In this document: positions 18,172-28,675 of the stretch, one piece after another | How positions within the stretch are numbered: the stretch's first letter is position 1 | How the letters are laid out: every line of letters begins with the position of its first letter | Assembly: GCA_045653425.1 (NCBI GenBank) | Contig: JAZOLU010000008.1 | Coordinates: forward strand, 5,975-69,974 | DNA from: Acutalibacteraceae bacterium | GTDB lineage: Bacteria > Bacillota > Clostridia > Oscillospirales > Acutalibacteraceae | Direction: 5' to 3' | Length of the DNA: 64,000 nucleotides | Notes under the pieces: model-generated | Database searches by the model: none | Seen by the model: the letters and a program-made list of their open reading frames with translations, nothing else | Told to the model about the DNA's origin: nothing | Translations under genes and position numbers: made by a program

Positions 18172-19305
18172 ATGCATATCGGCCGGTTGTTGGCGGCGTT
18201 GTTTGTGTTCGGCATTATTGTGACAATACACGAATGGGGACATTTTTTGGCCGCCAAAGCCATGGGCGTGCAAGTGAATGAATTTTCTATTGGCATGGGA
18301 CCGAAATTACTCGGTTTTGGTAAAGGAGAAACCAAATACAGTTTGCGTCTGTTTCCGGTTGGCGGATTTTGCGCTATGGAAGGGGAGGATGCCGCCGGCG
18401 GCGGAGAACTTTCTCTGGAACAACGCGAGGTAGCCGCCCAAAACCCGCGCTCGTTTTTGCGCAAACCCGTGTGGCGACGCGTGGTGATTACCGTGGCGGG
18501 CGTAGTGATGAATCTGGTTTTGGGATTTGTACTGCTCATGGTATACCACGGGGTGTGTACGCCGCCGTCCGCCGATGGGAATACCTATTATGCGGGCACA
18601 CAAATTGCTCAACTGGCAGAGGATACGCCCAGTTGCCAAAGCGGTTTACGTGTGGGCGACACTTTGCTGAAAATTGACGGAAAACGTGTGTTTTCCTCGT
18701 ACGATATTCAAGCGTTGTTGCAAGGCAGTGACGACGGCGTTTTGGAAATGCAGGTACGCCGCACGGTGGATGGTGAGGCATGCACGGTGACACTTCCGGC
18801 GGTAAAGTTTGACCGCACCTATTCCGAGGAAACCGGGCGGTACACCTTGCGGTACGATTTTTATGTAAATCCCATCCCGCAAACCGTGGGGTCTACCTTG
18901 GCAGAGGCGGCACGCACCGAATGCAGCGTGGCAGTAATGGTGTGGCGCACGTTGTCCGGTATGGTCACGGGTCAATACGGGCTTAACGAGTTGTCCGGTC
19001 CTGTCGGCACGGTGGATGCTATTGGTGACGTGGTGGAAAACGCGGTACAGCAAACCGATTGGCGGGCCGGCGTGGGCAGTATTTTGATGTTAATTGCGCT
19101 GCTCACTGTAAACGTGGGTGTGTTTAATTTACTCCCCGTGCCCGCGCTGGACGGGGGAAGACTGCTGTTTTTGGCATGGGAGGGCATTACCCGCAAACCC
19201 GTGCCGCCCAAGTATGAAGGTTGGGTACACGCCGCAGGACTCGTATTGTTGTTGTTGCTTATTGCGGTTGTGACGTTTAACGATATTGTGAAGTTGTTTG
19301 CCTAA
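18172..19305 (+). CDS. rseP: RIP metalloprotease RseP (site-2 protease, M50)
   Basis: HEWGH zinc motif in TM1, a central PDZ segment, and the C-terminal NLLPVPALDGG motif. Confidence 0.92.
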   Translation: MHIGRLLAALFVFGIIVTIHEWGHFLAAKAMGVQVNEFSIGMGPKLLGFGKGETKYSLRLFPVGGFCAMEGEDAAGGGELSLEQREVAAQNPRSFLRKPVWRRVVITVAGVVMNLVLGFVLLMVYHGVCTPPSADGNTYYAGTQIAQLAEDTPSCQSGLRVGDTLLKIDGKRVFSSYDIQALLQGSDDGVLEMQVRRTVDGEACTVTLPAVKFDRTYSEETGRYTLRYDFYVNPIPQTVGSTLAEAARTECSVAVMVWRTLSGMVTGQYGLNELSGPVGTVDAIGDVVENAVQQTDWRAGVGSILMLIALLTVNVGVFNLLPVPALDGGRLLFLAWEGITRKPVPPKYEGWVHAAGLVLLLLLIAVVTFNDIVKLFA

Positions 19306-19317
19306 GAGGTGTAGTAT

Positions 19318-20367
19318 ATGCAACGTCGAGTATGCAAAACCGTGAATGTTGGTGGTGTGGCTATTGGCGGCACCGCGCCCATTGCGGTGCAATCTATGGG
19401 GAATGTACCGTCTCACGACGTGGAAGGCACGGTGCAGCAGGCACGTGCTCTGAAACAGGCGGGGTGCGATATTTTGCGCATTGCCGTGCCGGATGCGGCG
19501 GCAGTACGGCTGATTGACGCGGTGAAATCGCAAGTGGATATTCCGCTGGTGGCAGATATTCATTTTGACTACCGCTTGGCGTTGGACAGTGTGGCGGCGG
19601 GTGTGGATAAAATCCGCATTAACCCCGGCAATATCGGTGAGGAATCCCGCGTAAAAGCGGTGGCGCAGGCGTGCCGTGCGGCGGGGATTCCCATTCGTAT
19701 TGGGGTAAATTCCGGCTCGCTGGAAAAGGAGATTTTGCAGAAATACGGGCATCCGTGCGCTGAGGCCATGCGGGACAGTGCCTTGTACCACGCCTCGTTG
19801 CTTGAAAAATACGATTTTGATGACATTGTGCTGTCTATAAAATCTTCCCGCGTGGAAACGATGGTACACGCGTATGAACTCACGGCACAGGCGTGTGCAT
19901 ACCCGCTGCACTTGGGCGTGACGGAGGCGGGCACGGCGCAGATGGGCGAAGTGAAATCCGCCATCGGCATTGGGTCGCTGTTGTTGCGCGGTATTGGAGA
20001 TACCATTCGCGTTTCGCTCACCGCTGACCCGATAAGCGAGGTTGAGGCGGGACGGCGCATTTTATCGGCATTGGATTTGTTGGAAGGTGAGCCAACGCTC
20101 ATTTCCTGCCCCACCTGTGGGCGCACACGCGTGGATTTAATTGGTATGGCAGCTCAGGTGAATGAGCAATTAAAAGCGGTACACAAACCGGTGCGTGTGG
20201 CGGTAATGGGGTGCGTGGTAAACGGTCCCGGCGAAGCGCGTGAAGCGGATATCGGCATTGCCGGCGGCGATGGTAAAGTCGCCTTGTTTAAAAAAGGAAA
20301 AGTAATTCGTACCGTGCCGGAAGCGGTGGCGGTCGAGGAATTGATGAAGGAATTGGAGTCTTTATGA
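19318..20367 (+). CDS. ispG: 4-hydroxy-3-methylbut-2-en-1-yl diphosphate synthase
   Basis: The IspG/GcpE TIM-barrel motif pattern and the C-terminal CPTCGR...GCVVNGPGE Fe-S motif. Confidence 0.95.
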   Translation: MQRRVCKTVNVGGVAIGGTAPIAVQSMGNVPSHDVEGTVQQARALKQAGCDILRIAVPDAAAVRLIDAVKSQVDIPLVADIHFDYRLALDSVAAGVDKIRINPGNIGEESRVKAVAQACRAAGIPIRIGVNSGSLEKEILQKYGHPCAEAMRDSALYHASLLEKYDFDDIVLSIKSSRVETMVHAYELTAQACAYPLHLGVTEAGTAQMGEVKSAIGIGSLLLRGIGDTIRVSLTADPISEVEAGRRILSALDLLEGEPTLISCPTCGRTRVDLIGMAAQVNEQLKAVHKPVRVAVMGCVVNGPGEAREADIGIAGGDGKVALFKKGKVIRTVPEAVAVEELMKELESL

Positions 20368-23300
20368 ACTGTCAGGATGTAACCGCACTGTTTTCACCGT
20401 ACATAGCCGATGCGGCGGTGCTCGCACCCTTTGCCTCTGCCACGGTTTGTGAAATTCAGGTAAACCGTGCGGAGCTTTTGTTGCGCGCCCGTTTGCAGTT
20501 GGAACGGTTTGTGCCGATTGAGGCAATTGAACAGTTGGAACAAGCGGTAGCATCGGGACTGGCGTTGCGTGCGGTAGAATTGCTGCCGAAATATCCGGCG
20601 GATACACTGAATGAGTCGTGTTTCCCCACGTTGGTGGCGTTGCTTCGGCGGCGTTGTGTGGCGGTAAACGGCACGTTTAACGATGCGGAATTCACGCGTA
20701 ATAACGAGGGCTTTACCGTGACGTTACACCACGGTGGATTGAATATGTTGCGTGCTACGCACACTGACACGATGTTTGAAAAACTGATTACCGAATTATT
20801 TGGTGTTCGGGTGACGCTTACGTTTTGCGGTGCCGACGGCGTGGATGCTATGGACGAGCAGTATCGCCAAGCGATGCAACAGGCAGAGCGGGAATCCCGC
20901 GAGGCGGTACAGCGTGCGGTGCAGGCGGCTGTTTCTAAACCGGAAAAAAGCGGCGCGGCAGAACCGATACGCCCCACTAAACCGACGGACCCCACCGTCC
21001 CCCCGGCGGATGGATTACCGATTTACCGCGAGACCGCCAATTCGTTGTTCGGTCCGATTCCGCGTGAAATGCCCACCCCGCTGGTAAACTTAAGAGAGGG
21101 AACTACCGTTACGGTGTGGGGCGAAGTGTTTGGGTACGAAACCCGCGCATTCCGCGACGGTACGCGTATTCGCCACACCTTTTATATTACCGACCAAACC
21201 AACTCCATTGCGGTAATTTTGTGGACAGATACCAAGCGCGACAAAGCCAAATTGGAGGCGCTGGAATCGCTGAAAAACGGTGTGTGCGTTATAGCAAACG
21301 GCTTATACGAATTTGACGAGTTTGCCAAGGAAAACGTGTTGTCGCCCAAATCGCTGGCACTGGTAAATCGCTTTCAAAAGCAGGATACCGCCGAGGTAAA
21401 ACGTGTAGAGTTGCACCTGCACACCAAAATGTCCGCTATGGACGCGGTGTCCGATGCGGCGGCACTGGTGTTGCGCGCCGCCGATTGGGGACATCCGGCG
21501 GTAGCCATTACCGACCACGGTGTGGTGCAAGCATTCCCCGAGGCAATGAACGCCGCGGAAAAAGCGCGCAAAGCGGGGAAACCCATTAAAATTTTGTACG
21601 GCGTAGAGGCGTATTACGAAAACGATACCGCCGCCATTGTGGTGGGGGATACGGCCGCGCTGCTTACCGATGAGTGTATTGTATTTGACCTGGAAACCAC
21701 GGGACTTAACGCCGGCAACGACCGCATTACCGAAATTGGTGCGGTGCGGTTGCGTGGCGGCGAGGTGGTAGAGGAGTTTAACACGTTTGTTAACCCGGAA
21801 AAACCCATTCCCGCCAAAATTACGGAGTTAACCGGCATTACGGATGATATGGTGCAGGATGCCCCGCGCGAAGCGGAGGCGTTAGCGGCATTTTTTGAGT
21901 TTTGCGGGGACAACCCCGTGTTGGTGGCGCACAATGCCCGCTTTGATACCGGTTTTGTGCGCGCGGCGGCGGGGCGCGTGGGAAAAACGTATGCGTTCTC
22001 CTCGGTGGATACGGTGCCGATTTGTCGGGTGTTGTATCCCAAATTGAAAAATCACAAACTGGACACGGTGGCCAAGCATTTGCAACTGGCGGCGTTTAAC
22101 CACCACCGCGCGTGTGACGATGCGCGCGTATTGGCGCAGATTTTTGCTAAAATTACCGAGGAATTAAAACAATCGTACGGATTAAAAACAGTGGCGGATA
22201 TCAACACGCTTGCCGGCGGCGAAAGCCAACGCAAGGCGCGCCCGTACCACCAAATTTTGTTGGCAAAAAACACGGTTGGCTTAAAGAATTTGTACAAGTT
22301 AATTTCGTACAGTCACTTAAAGAATTTTTACAAGCGTCCGCGCGTGACCCGCAGTAAATTAACCGAACTGCGGGAAGGGTTAATTGTGGGCAGTGCGTGT
22401 GAACAGGGCGAGTTATTTGCCGCCATTGTGGAGGGCAAGCCCTGGGATGAACTGTGTGCCATTGCGCGGTTTTACGACTTTTTGGAAGTGCAACCGTTGG
22501 GTAACAACCGCTTTATGTTGCGTAACGGCACAGCCCGTGATGAAGAACAACTGCGCGAGTTTAACCGCACGGTGATTCGCCTGGGTGAAGAATTGAATAT
22601 TCCGGTGTGCGCCACGGGTGACGTTCATTTTATGAATGCCGAGGACGAGGTGTACCGCCGCATTTTGCAGGCGGGACAAGGTTACGGCGATGCGGATATG
22701 CAACCGCCGCTGTATTTCCGCACCACCGAAGAAATGCTGGCGGAATTTGATTATCTGCCGTCGGAAAAGGCGTATGAAATTGTGGTGGAAAACCCGCGCC
22801 ACATTGCGGAAATGATTGAGGAGATTCGCCCCATTCCGGAAGGCAACTACCCGCCGCACATTGACGGTTCGGAGGAGCAGTTGACCGAGATTACTTGGAA
22901 CCGCGCCAAGGAAATTTACGGCGACCCTGTTCCGGATATTGTGGCGGCACGGTTGGAAAAGGAGCTTAACTCCATTATTAAAAACGGCTTTGCCGTGTTG
23001 TATATGATTGCGCAAAAACTGGTAAAGAACTCGGTGGAAAACGGCTATTTAGTCGGTTCGCGTGGTTCGGTTGGTTCCTCCTTTGTGGCACATATGGCGG
23101 GCATTTCGGAAGTGAACCCTCTGGAACCGCATTACGTGTGTTCCGGGTGCAAATATTCGGAATTTATTACCGACGGCTCTTACGGTTCCGGTTTTGATTT
23201 ACCGGAAAGGAAGTGTCCGGTGTGCGGTATGCCCATGGCGCGAGACGGGCAGGAAATTCCGTTTGAGACCTTTTTGGGTTTTGACGGTGATAAAACGCCC

Positions 23301-24737
23301 GATATTGACTTGAACTTTGCCAGCGAATACCAAACGCGCGCACACAAATATACCGAGTCTCTGTTTGGCAGTGACCACGTGTTCAAAGCCGGCACGATTT
23401 CCACGGTAGCGGAAAAAACCGCCTTTGGGTATGTAAAAAAATACGCTGAGGAGCGGGGCCTTTCGCTGAGCAATGCGGAAATTGCGCGGTTGTCAGAAGG
23501 GTGTACCGGCGTCAAACGTACCACCGGTCAGCACCCCGGCGGTATGGTGGTTGTGCCCAACGAGTATGTGATTGAGGATTTTTGTCCCGCACAACATCCG
23601 GCAGACGACCCGCATTCCGACGTGATTACCACGCACTTTGATTTCCATTCCATTCACGATACCATTTTGAAGTTGGACAACCTGGGTCACGTCATTCCCA
23701 CCACGTATAAATATCTGGAGGAATACACCGGTATCAGTGTTATGGACGTGCCGATGTCCGACCCCGAGGTGTACAAATTGTTCACTTCGCCCGAACCGCT
23801 GGGTGTCACACCGGAGCAGATTGATTGCGAAACCGGCACCTTGTCGTTGCCCGAAATGGGCACTCCGTTTGTGCGGCAAATGTTGTTGGATTGCCGTCCC
23901 ACCACGTTTGCGGACTTGCTTCAAATTTCCGGCTTGTCCCACGGCACGGACGTGTGGTTGGGCAATGCGCAGGAGCTCATTCGGGCGGGGACGTGCACCA
24001 TTTCGGACGTTATCGGTACGCGTGATAACATTATGACCTACCTGATGCACAAGGGTCTGCCGCCAAAAATGGCGTTTAAGATTATGGAAATTGTGCGTAA
24101 AGGCAAGGCAACAAAACTGCTCACCGAGGAGCATTTTGCCGCAATGAAAGAAAACAATGTTCCGGATTGGTACATTGATTCGTGTATGAAGATTAAGTAT
24201 ATGTTCCCCAAAGCGCACGCGGCGGCGTATTGCACCGCGGCATTGCGCGTGGCGTGGTACAAAGTGCACCGTCCGGCGGAATATTACGCGGCGTACTTTA
24301 CCGGCCGCGGCGAAGATTTTGATGCCGAACCCGTACAGGGCGGCAGGGATGCCGTTAAACGGTTAATGGATAGTATTCGCGCCAAAGATAAAAAGGAAGC
24401 CACGGCTAAAGAATTGTCCCAGGCAGAAACGTTGCACATTATTTACGAAGCGATGCAACGCGGTATTGAATTTTTGCCGGTGGATTTGTACCGTTCTCAT
24501 TCGTATAAGTTCTTAATGGAGGACGGCAAAATCCGTTTGCCGTTCAGTTCGGTTAAGGGCTTGGGCGATTCGGCGGCACAATCGTTAATGGAAGCACGCG
24601 CGGACGGTGAGTTTATCTCGTGTGATGACTTGCAAAACCGTTCGGGCATTTCCAAGTCGGTGGTGGAATCGTTGAGCGTGCTGGGTGCGCTGGGTTCGTT
24701 GCCCGCCACCAGTCAAATGAATTTGTTTGAAATGTAA
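20364..24737 (+). CDS. polC: DNA polymerase III PolC-type (Gram-positive replicative polymerase)
   Basis: 1457 aa. PHP domain (HLHTKMSAMD), an inserted DnaQ-like exonuclease (FDLETTGL...HNARFD), a Zn-finger region (CSGCKYSE...CPVCG) and the pol III alpha core. It overlaps ispG by 4 nt. Confidence 0.97.
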   Translation: MNCQDVTALFSPYIADAAVLAPFASATVCEIQVNRAELLLRARLQLERFVPIEAIEQLEQAVASGLALRAVELLPKYPADTLNESCFPTLVALLRRRCVAVNGTFNDAEFTRNNEGFTVTLHHGGLNMLRATHTDTMFEKLITELFGVRVTLTFCGADGVDAMDEQYRQAMQQAERESREAVQRAVQAAVSKPEKSGAAEPIRPTKPTDPTVPPADGLPIYRETANSLFGPIPREMPTPLVNLREGTTVTVWGEVFGYETRAFRDGTRIRHTFYITDQTNSIAVILWTDTKRDKAKLEALESLKNGVCVIANGLYEFDEFAKENVLSPKSLALVNRFQKQDTAEVKRVELHLHTKMSAMDAVSDAAALVLRAADWGHPAVAITDHGVVQAFPEAMNAAEKARKAGKPIKILYGVEAYYENDTAAIVVGDTAALLTDECIVFDLETTGLNAGNDRITEIGAVRLRGGEVVEEFNTFVNPEKPIPAKITELTGITDDMVQDAPREAEALAAFFEFCGDNPVLVAHNARFDTGFVRAAAGRVGKTYAFSSVDTVPICRVLYPKLKNHKLDTVAKHLQLAAFNHHRACDDARVLAQIFAKITEELKQSYGLKTVADINTLAGGESQRKARPYHQILLAKNTVGLKNLYKLISYSHLKNFYKRPRVTRSKLTELREGLIVGSACEQGELFAAIVEGKPWDELCAIARFYDFLEVQPLGNNRFMLRNGTARDEEQLREFNRTVIRLGEELNIPVCATGDVHFMNAEDEVYRRILQAGQGYGDADMQPPLYFRTTEEMLAEFDYLPSEKAYEIVVENPRHIAEMIEEIRPIPEGNYPPHIDGSEEQLTEITWNRAKEIYGDPVPDIVAARLEKELNSIIKNGFAVLYMIAQKLVKNSVENGYLVGSRGSVGSSFVAHMAGISEVNPLEPHYVCSGCKYSEFITDGSYGSGFDLPERKCPVCGMPMARDGQEIPFETFLGFDGDKTPDIDLNFASEYQTRAHKYTESLFGSDHVFKAGTISTVAEKTAFGYVKKYAEERGLSLSNAEIARLSEGCTGVKRTTGQHPGGMVVVPNEYVIEDFCPAQHPADDPHSDVITTHFDFHSIHDTILKLDNLGHVIPTTYKYLEEYTGISVMDVPMSDPEVYKLFTSPEPLGVTPEQIDCETGTLSLPEMGTPFVRQMLLDCRPTTFADLLQISGLSHGTDVWLGNAQELIRAGTCTISDVIGTRDNIMTYLMHKGLPPKMAFKIMEIVRKGKATKLLTEEHFAAMKENNVPDWYIDSCMKIKYMFPKAHAAAYCTAALRVAWYKVHRPAEYYAAYFTGRGEDFDAEPVQGGRDAVKRLMDSIRAKDKKEATAKELSQAETLHIIYEAMQRGIEFLPVDLYRSHSYKFLMEDGKIRLPFSSVKGLGDSAAQSLMEARADGEFISCDDLQNRSGISKSVVESLSVLGALGSLPATSQMNLFEM

Positions 24738-24748
24738 GGAGACAACCA

Positions 24749-26125
24749 ATGCTGCAAAAAAACCAAATTATACCGCTGTGCATTACGGCAATGAGTGCCG
24801 AGGGCAGTGGCATTGGACGGTATGCGCCCACCGAGGGCGAGAGCGGCATTGCGGTGTTTGTGCCGTTTACGGCGGTGGGAGATGTCATTGATTGCCGTAT
24901 TGTGAAGGTGCAAAAGAACTTGGCATACGGCAAGGTGGAAACGCTGGCTTCCGCCTCACCACACCGTGTGGCGGAGGTAGATTGCCCCGCTTTTGGTAAA
25001 TGCGGTGGGTGCGTGTATCGTCACATTTCTTACGAGGCAGAATTGCGTTACAAATGGCAACGCGTGGCAGATGCGTTGCGGCGCATCGGCGGATTTGAGC
25101 TGGAACCGCAACCCATTGTAGCGTGCGAACAACCTGACCGTTACCGCAACAAAGCACAGTATCCGGTGGCGGCGGGTGAGCATCGCCCGCAAATCGGCTT
25201 GTATGCCGCACGCAGCCACCGTGTTATAGAACAGCGGGATTGTTTGTTGCAACCGGCCGACTTTCGTGCCTTGTTGGATGCAATCGCAAAATGGGCAAAG
25301 ACCAATTGTGTGTCGGTTTATGATGAAACCACCGGCGCGGGATTGTTGCGCCATATTTACATCCGCGCGGGTGAGCGCAGTGGGGAATGTATGGTGTGTT
25401 TGGTGTGCACCAGCGGAAAATTGCCGGATACCGATGGTTTGGTACGCACTTTATTGGAAATTGAATCAAAGGTTACCTCGGTAATGGTAAATATCAACGC
25501 GGCGGATACCAACGTGGTGTTGGGCAAGGTTAGTTACCCCTTGTATGGGAAACCATATATTACCGATACGTTGTGCGGGCTCACGTTCCGTTTATCACCG
25601 CTTTCGTTTTATCAAGTAAACCGCACGCAGGCCGAGCGATTGTATGCTTTGGCGGCAGATGCCGCGGCACTTACCGGTAAGGAAAAATTGCTGGATTTGT
25701 ATTGCGGTACGGGGACTATCGGCTTGTCAATGGCGCACCGCGTACGCGAACTGGTGGGGGTAGAGGTTGTTCCGCAGGCGGTGGAGGATGCCGTGCGTAA
25801 CGCGCAGGAAAACGGGATTACCAACGCACGCTTTCTTGCGGCGGATGCCGCCGAGGCAGCACGACGGTTGGCGGCGGAGGGCTGGCATCCCGATGTGGTG
25901 GTACTTGACCCGCCGCGCAAAGGGTGTGAGCCGGCATTGATTCATACCGTGGCGGGTATGCAACCCAACCGCGTGGTGTACGTTTCTTGCGACCCCGCCA
26001 CGTTGGCGCGTGACCTGCACCGCTTTGCGGAGGAGGGCTATGTCACACAGTGCGTTACACCGGTGGATATGTTCCCGCGTACTGCACACGTAGAGTGCGT
26101 CGCAAAATTATGTCGTAATAACTAA
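24749..26125 (+). CDS. rlmD: 23S rRNA (uracil-C5)-methyltransferase RlmD/RumA family
   Basis: N-terminal TRAM domain, an Fe-S Cys cluster (CPAFGKCGGC), SAM motif LDLYCGTGTIG and catalytic DPPRKG...SCDPATLARD. Confidence 0.9.
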   Translation: MLQKNQIIPLCITAMSAEGSGIGRYAPTEGESGIAVFVPFTAVGDVIDCRIVKVQKNLAYGKVETLASASPHRVAEVDCPAFGKCGGCVYRHISYEAELRYKWQRVADALRRIGGFELEPQPIVACEQPDRYRNKAQYPVAAGEHRPQIGLYAARSHRVIEQRDCLLQPADFRALLDAIAKWAKTNCVSVYDETTGAGLLRHIYIRAGERSGECMVCLVCTSGKLPDTDGLVRTLLEIESKVTSVMVNINAADTNVVLGKVSYPLYGKPYITDTLCGLTFRLSPLSFYQVNRTQAERLYALAADAAALTGKEKLLDLYCGTGTIGLSMAHRVRELVGVEVVPQAVEDAVRNAQENGITNARFLAADAAEAARRLAAEGWHPDVVVLDPPRKGCEPALIHTVAGMQPNRVVYVSCDPATLARDLHRFAEEGYVTQCVTPVDMFPRTAHVECVAKLCRNN

Positions 26126-26140
26126 CGGGAGTGATGTCGT

Positions 26141-26800
26141 ATCGTTACCTTTGAGAATATTCAGAACAACGAGGCAATCCGCGCATATATTTCTCGCGCG
26201 GACGAGTCTTTACGTGCGCAGGGGTTCACGGAACACGGATTTGCGCACGTTACCCATACCGCCAAAACGGTGGCATACCTACTCACAACCTTGGGTTATT
26301 CCGAACACGAGGTGGAATTGGCGCGTATTGCGGGGTATTTGCACGATATTGGCAATTTGGTGAACCGTGACGACCATTCGCAAAGTGGTGCGGTGATGGC
26401 GTTTGGCATTTTGAGCGATATGGGAATGCCTGCCGAGGATATTGCCACCATCACCACCGCTATCGGAAACCACGATGAAGGCACCGGTGTGCCGGTGAAC
26501 GCGGTGGCGGCGGCGCTGATTTTGGCGGATAAATCGGATGTACGGCGCACCCGCGTGCGTAATGAGGATGTCTCCAATTTTGATATTCACGACCGTGTAA
26601 ACTACTCGGTACGCCGTGCGGAACTTAAAATTAACAAGGAAAAAACCGCCGTTAAACTGGATTTGGTACTGGACGCCGGTTACGGCTCGGTAATGGATTA
26701 CTTTGAGATTTTTTTGCACCGTATGTTGTTGTGCCGCAAGGCGGCAGAACGGTTGGGACTGCAATTTCGGCTGATTATTAACGGTCAAACCCTGTTATAA
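26141..26800 (+). CDS. HD-domain phosphohydrolase family protein (start codon non-canonical or uncertain)
   Basis: The HD motif GYLHDIGN and the upstream conserved His (EHGFAHV) lie in one frame. That frame is open from 26135, directly after a TGA at 26132-26134. The first ATG/GTG/TTG is the GTG at 26270, downstream of the first conserved His. GGGAG at 26127-26131 sits 9 nt before the ATC at 26141. Confidence 0.65.
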   Translation: MVTFENIQNNEAIRAYISRADESLRAQGFTEHGFAHVTHTAKTVAYLLTTLGYSEHEVELARIAGYLHDIGNLVNRDDHSQSGAVMAFGILSDMGMPAEDIATITTAIGNHDEGTGVPVNAVAAALILADKSDVRRTRVRNEDVSNFDIHDRVNYSVRRAELKINKEKTAVKLDLVLDAGYGSVMDYFEIFLHRMLLCRKAAERLGLQFRLIINGQTLL

Positions 26801-26805
26801 AGCAA

Positions 26806-26838
26806 CAACCCCGAGGTACAAACCTCGGGGTTGTCTTT
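26806..26838. terminator. Bidirectional terminator between the HD gene and tspO
   Basis: Stem aaccccgaggt/acctcggggtt with a 4-nt loop. Confidence 0.7.
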
Positions 26839-27313
26839 ATCGGTTAAGAATATAAAACGCAAGATTAAGGTAGGCAGCAAACAGTAGCCATATAAAATAG
26901 GGTACCATCAGCCAAAACGCGGTGTTGCTGATGGGGCGAAATCCGCGCATTGTCAGCGCAACCAATACAATCAGCAGCAGCAGCCAAATAAACGCGAACA
27001 GCCGCCACTCCAAGCGGAAAAAGAAAAGCGGCCATAAGATGTTGACGAGTACTTGCAACAGATACAAGCGCAGCGGGCGCGACTTATCCAAATCGTTGCT
27101 GACAAACACCAGATATGCCGCCACCGCCATAAGAGCATACAAAACGGTCCACACAACGGGGAATAACCAATCCGGCGGGGTAAGCGGCGGCGCGGTTAAT
27201 CCGTCGGTGTTAGAAGAACCGCCGAGCAGAGTACCGATTCCCGCTAAAATAAAGGTGTACAGTAGAAAAAAGAGCAGGGGTTTCCATTCAATCTTATGCC
27301 GTGTCACACGCAT
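26837..27313 (-). CDS. tspO: TspO/MBR family tryptophan-rich sensory protein
   Basis: Five TM segments with Trp-rich motifs (PPDWLFPVVWTVLY, LWPLFFF, WLLFAAYLN). The ATG at 27313 is preceded by AAGGAGGTCG. Confidence 0.85.
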   Translation of the reverse strand: MRVTRHKIEWKPLLFFLLYTFILAGIGTLLGGSSNTDGLTAPPLTPPDWLFPVVWTVLYALMAVAAYLVFVSNDLDKSRPLRLYLLQVLVNILWPLFFFRLEWRLFAFIWLLLLIVLVALTMRGFRPISNTAFWLMVPYFIWLLFAAYLNLAFYILNR

Positions 27314-27399
27314 CGACCTCCTTGTGTTGGTAATGTATGCAACGGCGGTAAAAAATATGAAACGCGGCAAACACCGTTTGCCGCGTTAATAGTTTGGGG

Positions 27400-28371
27400 T
27401 TACATTCTCATAAATAATGAGAGGTAGGTAAATACCATATTTACCAAATACGGCAGTGCCGCCAAGGCGAACGACACACCGCCTGCCAAGCGAAAATCGC
27501 GCTCAAACGGCGGGCGCGGGTCGCGTTTAAGTTGCTCGGCTTTTTTGAGGATGTTTTGCATATACAAATAATTGCCAAACAGACCGCTGAGTAAGCGAAT
27601 TGAAAATTGCACCAGTGAAATTACCAGCCATATTGCCAGAACCCAACGGTAGGAGAGCAGTTGGTCGACGGTTGTCACGTTGGTGGGCATTTGATTAATC
27701 GCTACCTGACTAAACAAATTTAATATTGTCCAAAACGCCAACGACAAACCGCCCCACAACAAGTTTTTGCGGTACAGTAACCAGTGGCAAGGAATTAAAA
27801 ACGCCGCCCAGTTCCACGAGATTTTGGAGCGGCCGCGGCTCATCTCTTGGAAACGGGGGAGATAATACGCGGCGTTGTTACCCACCAGTTCCGCCAGTTG
27901 TTCGGCGCGAAACCCGCTAATTTCCTCATCCCGCGGAACACCGCCGAGCGGGTCCATCGCCGTGGGGTTAAAAGGCGGGGTAAAGGGCGGGATATAGCCG
28001 CCAAACGGCGGGGTATACTGACCAAAGTGCGCGGCGTGCGGCGGCGTGGATGCGGTGGTCCAATCCTCTGTTTCCAGTTCGCGGCCGCAATGCGCACAAA
28101 ATTCCGCAAATTCCGGATTCTGCTTGCCGCAGTGCGGGCAAATAAGGGAGTCCCCCTGCGGACGGGGCGGTTCTTTTTTTGCTTGGGGTTGCGGTTCTCT
28201 TACTGCCCACTGACGCTCCGTACCGTGGTCGGCGGCAAAATGGCAATGCCCTTCCTGCTTCCAGCAGTCGCGATGATGCGGGCAGCCGCACTGCGGGCAA
28301 GCCACTACATCGTCGTTTTCCGCAAAATGTTTGCCGCATACGGGGCAGGATTGTCCTTCGTAAAAAAACAT
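27400..28371 (-). CDS. Double zinc-ribbon protein with Pro-rich linker and DUF2628-like membrane domain
   Basis: CPVCG...CPQCGCPHHRDCW and CPHCG...CAHCG motifs, a PPFGGYIPPFTPPFNP linker, and a C-terminal WNWAAFLIPCHWLLYRKNLLWGG segment typical of DUF2628. Confidence 0.7.
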   Translation of the reverse strand: MFFYEGQSCPVCGKHFAENDDVVACPQCGCPHHRDCWKQEGHCHFAADHGTERQWAVREPQPQAKKEPPRPQGDSLICPHCGKQNPEFAEFCAHCGRELETEDWTTASTPPHAAHFGQYTPPFGGYIPPFTPPFNPTAMDPLGGVPRDEEISGFRAEQLAELVGNNAAYYLPRFQEMSRGRSKISWNWAAFLIPCHWLLYRKNLLWGGLSLAFWTILNLFSQVAINQMPTNVTTVDQLLSYRWVLAIWLVISLVQFSIRLLSGLFGNYLYMQNILKKAEQLKRDPRPPFERDFRLAGGVSFALAALPYLVNMVFTYLSLFMRM

Positions 28372-28480
28372 AGTGTCACACTTTCTGTACAAAGTTGGTC
28401 GACATTCGACGATACTAGTATTGTACCGCCACTCGTCGCCGGTTGCAAGGAAATAGCACAAGATTTAAAAATTGTTAATA

Positions 28481-28675
28481 TTACCGCCGCCGCAACAACA
28501 GAAAAGATACCGCCAGTACTGCGGCGATGACGCACAGTGCCAGTACCATTACCTTGGTAATATCGTTGTTAATGAACCCCATAACGGGATTAAAGCGGTC
28601 CACTATCAGCAACACCAGCAGCATCAGCACCAAAATGATACAGGCGTGAGAAAGCAGAATGAGGGCACGTTTCAC
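28481..28675 (-). CDS. Small two-TM membrane protein (64 aa), hypothetical
   Basis: Two hydrophobic helices. Its start overlaps the stop of the upstream gene by 4 nt, which suggests translational coupling. Confidence 0.55.
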   Translation of the reverse strand: MKRALILLSHACIILVLMLLVLLIVDRFNPVMGFINNDITKVMVLALCVIAAVLAVSFLLLRRR

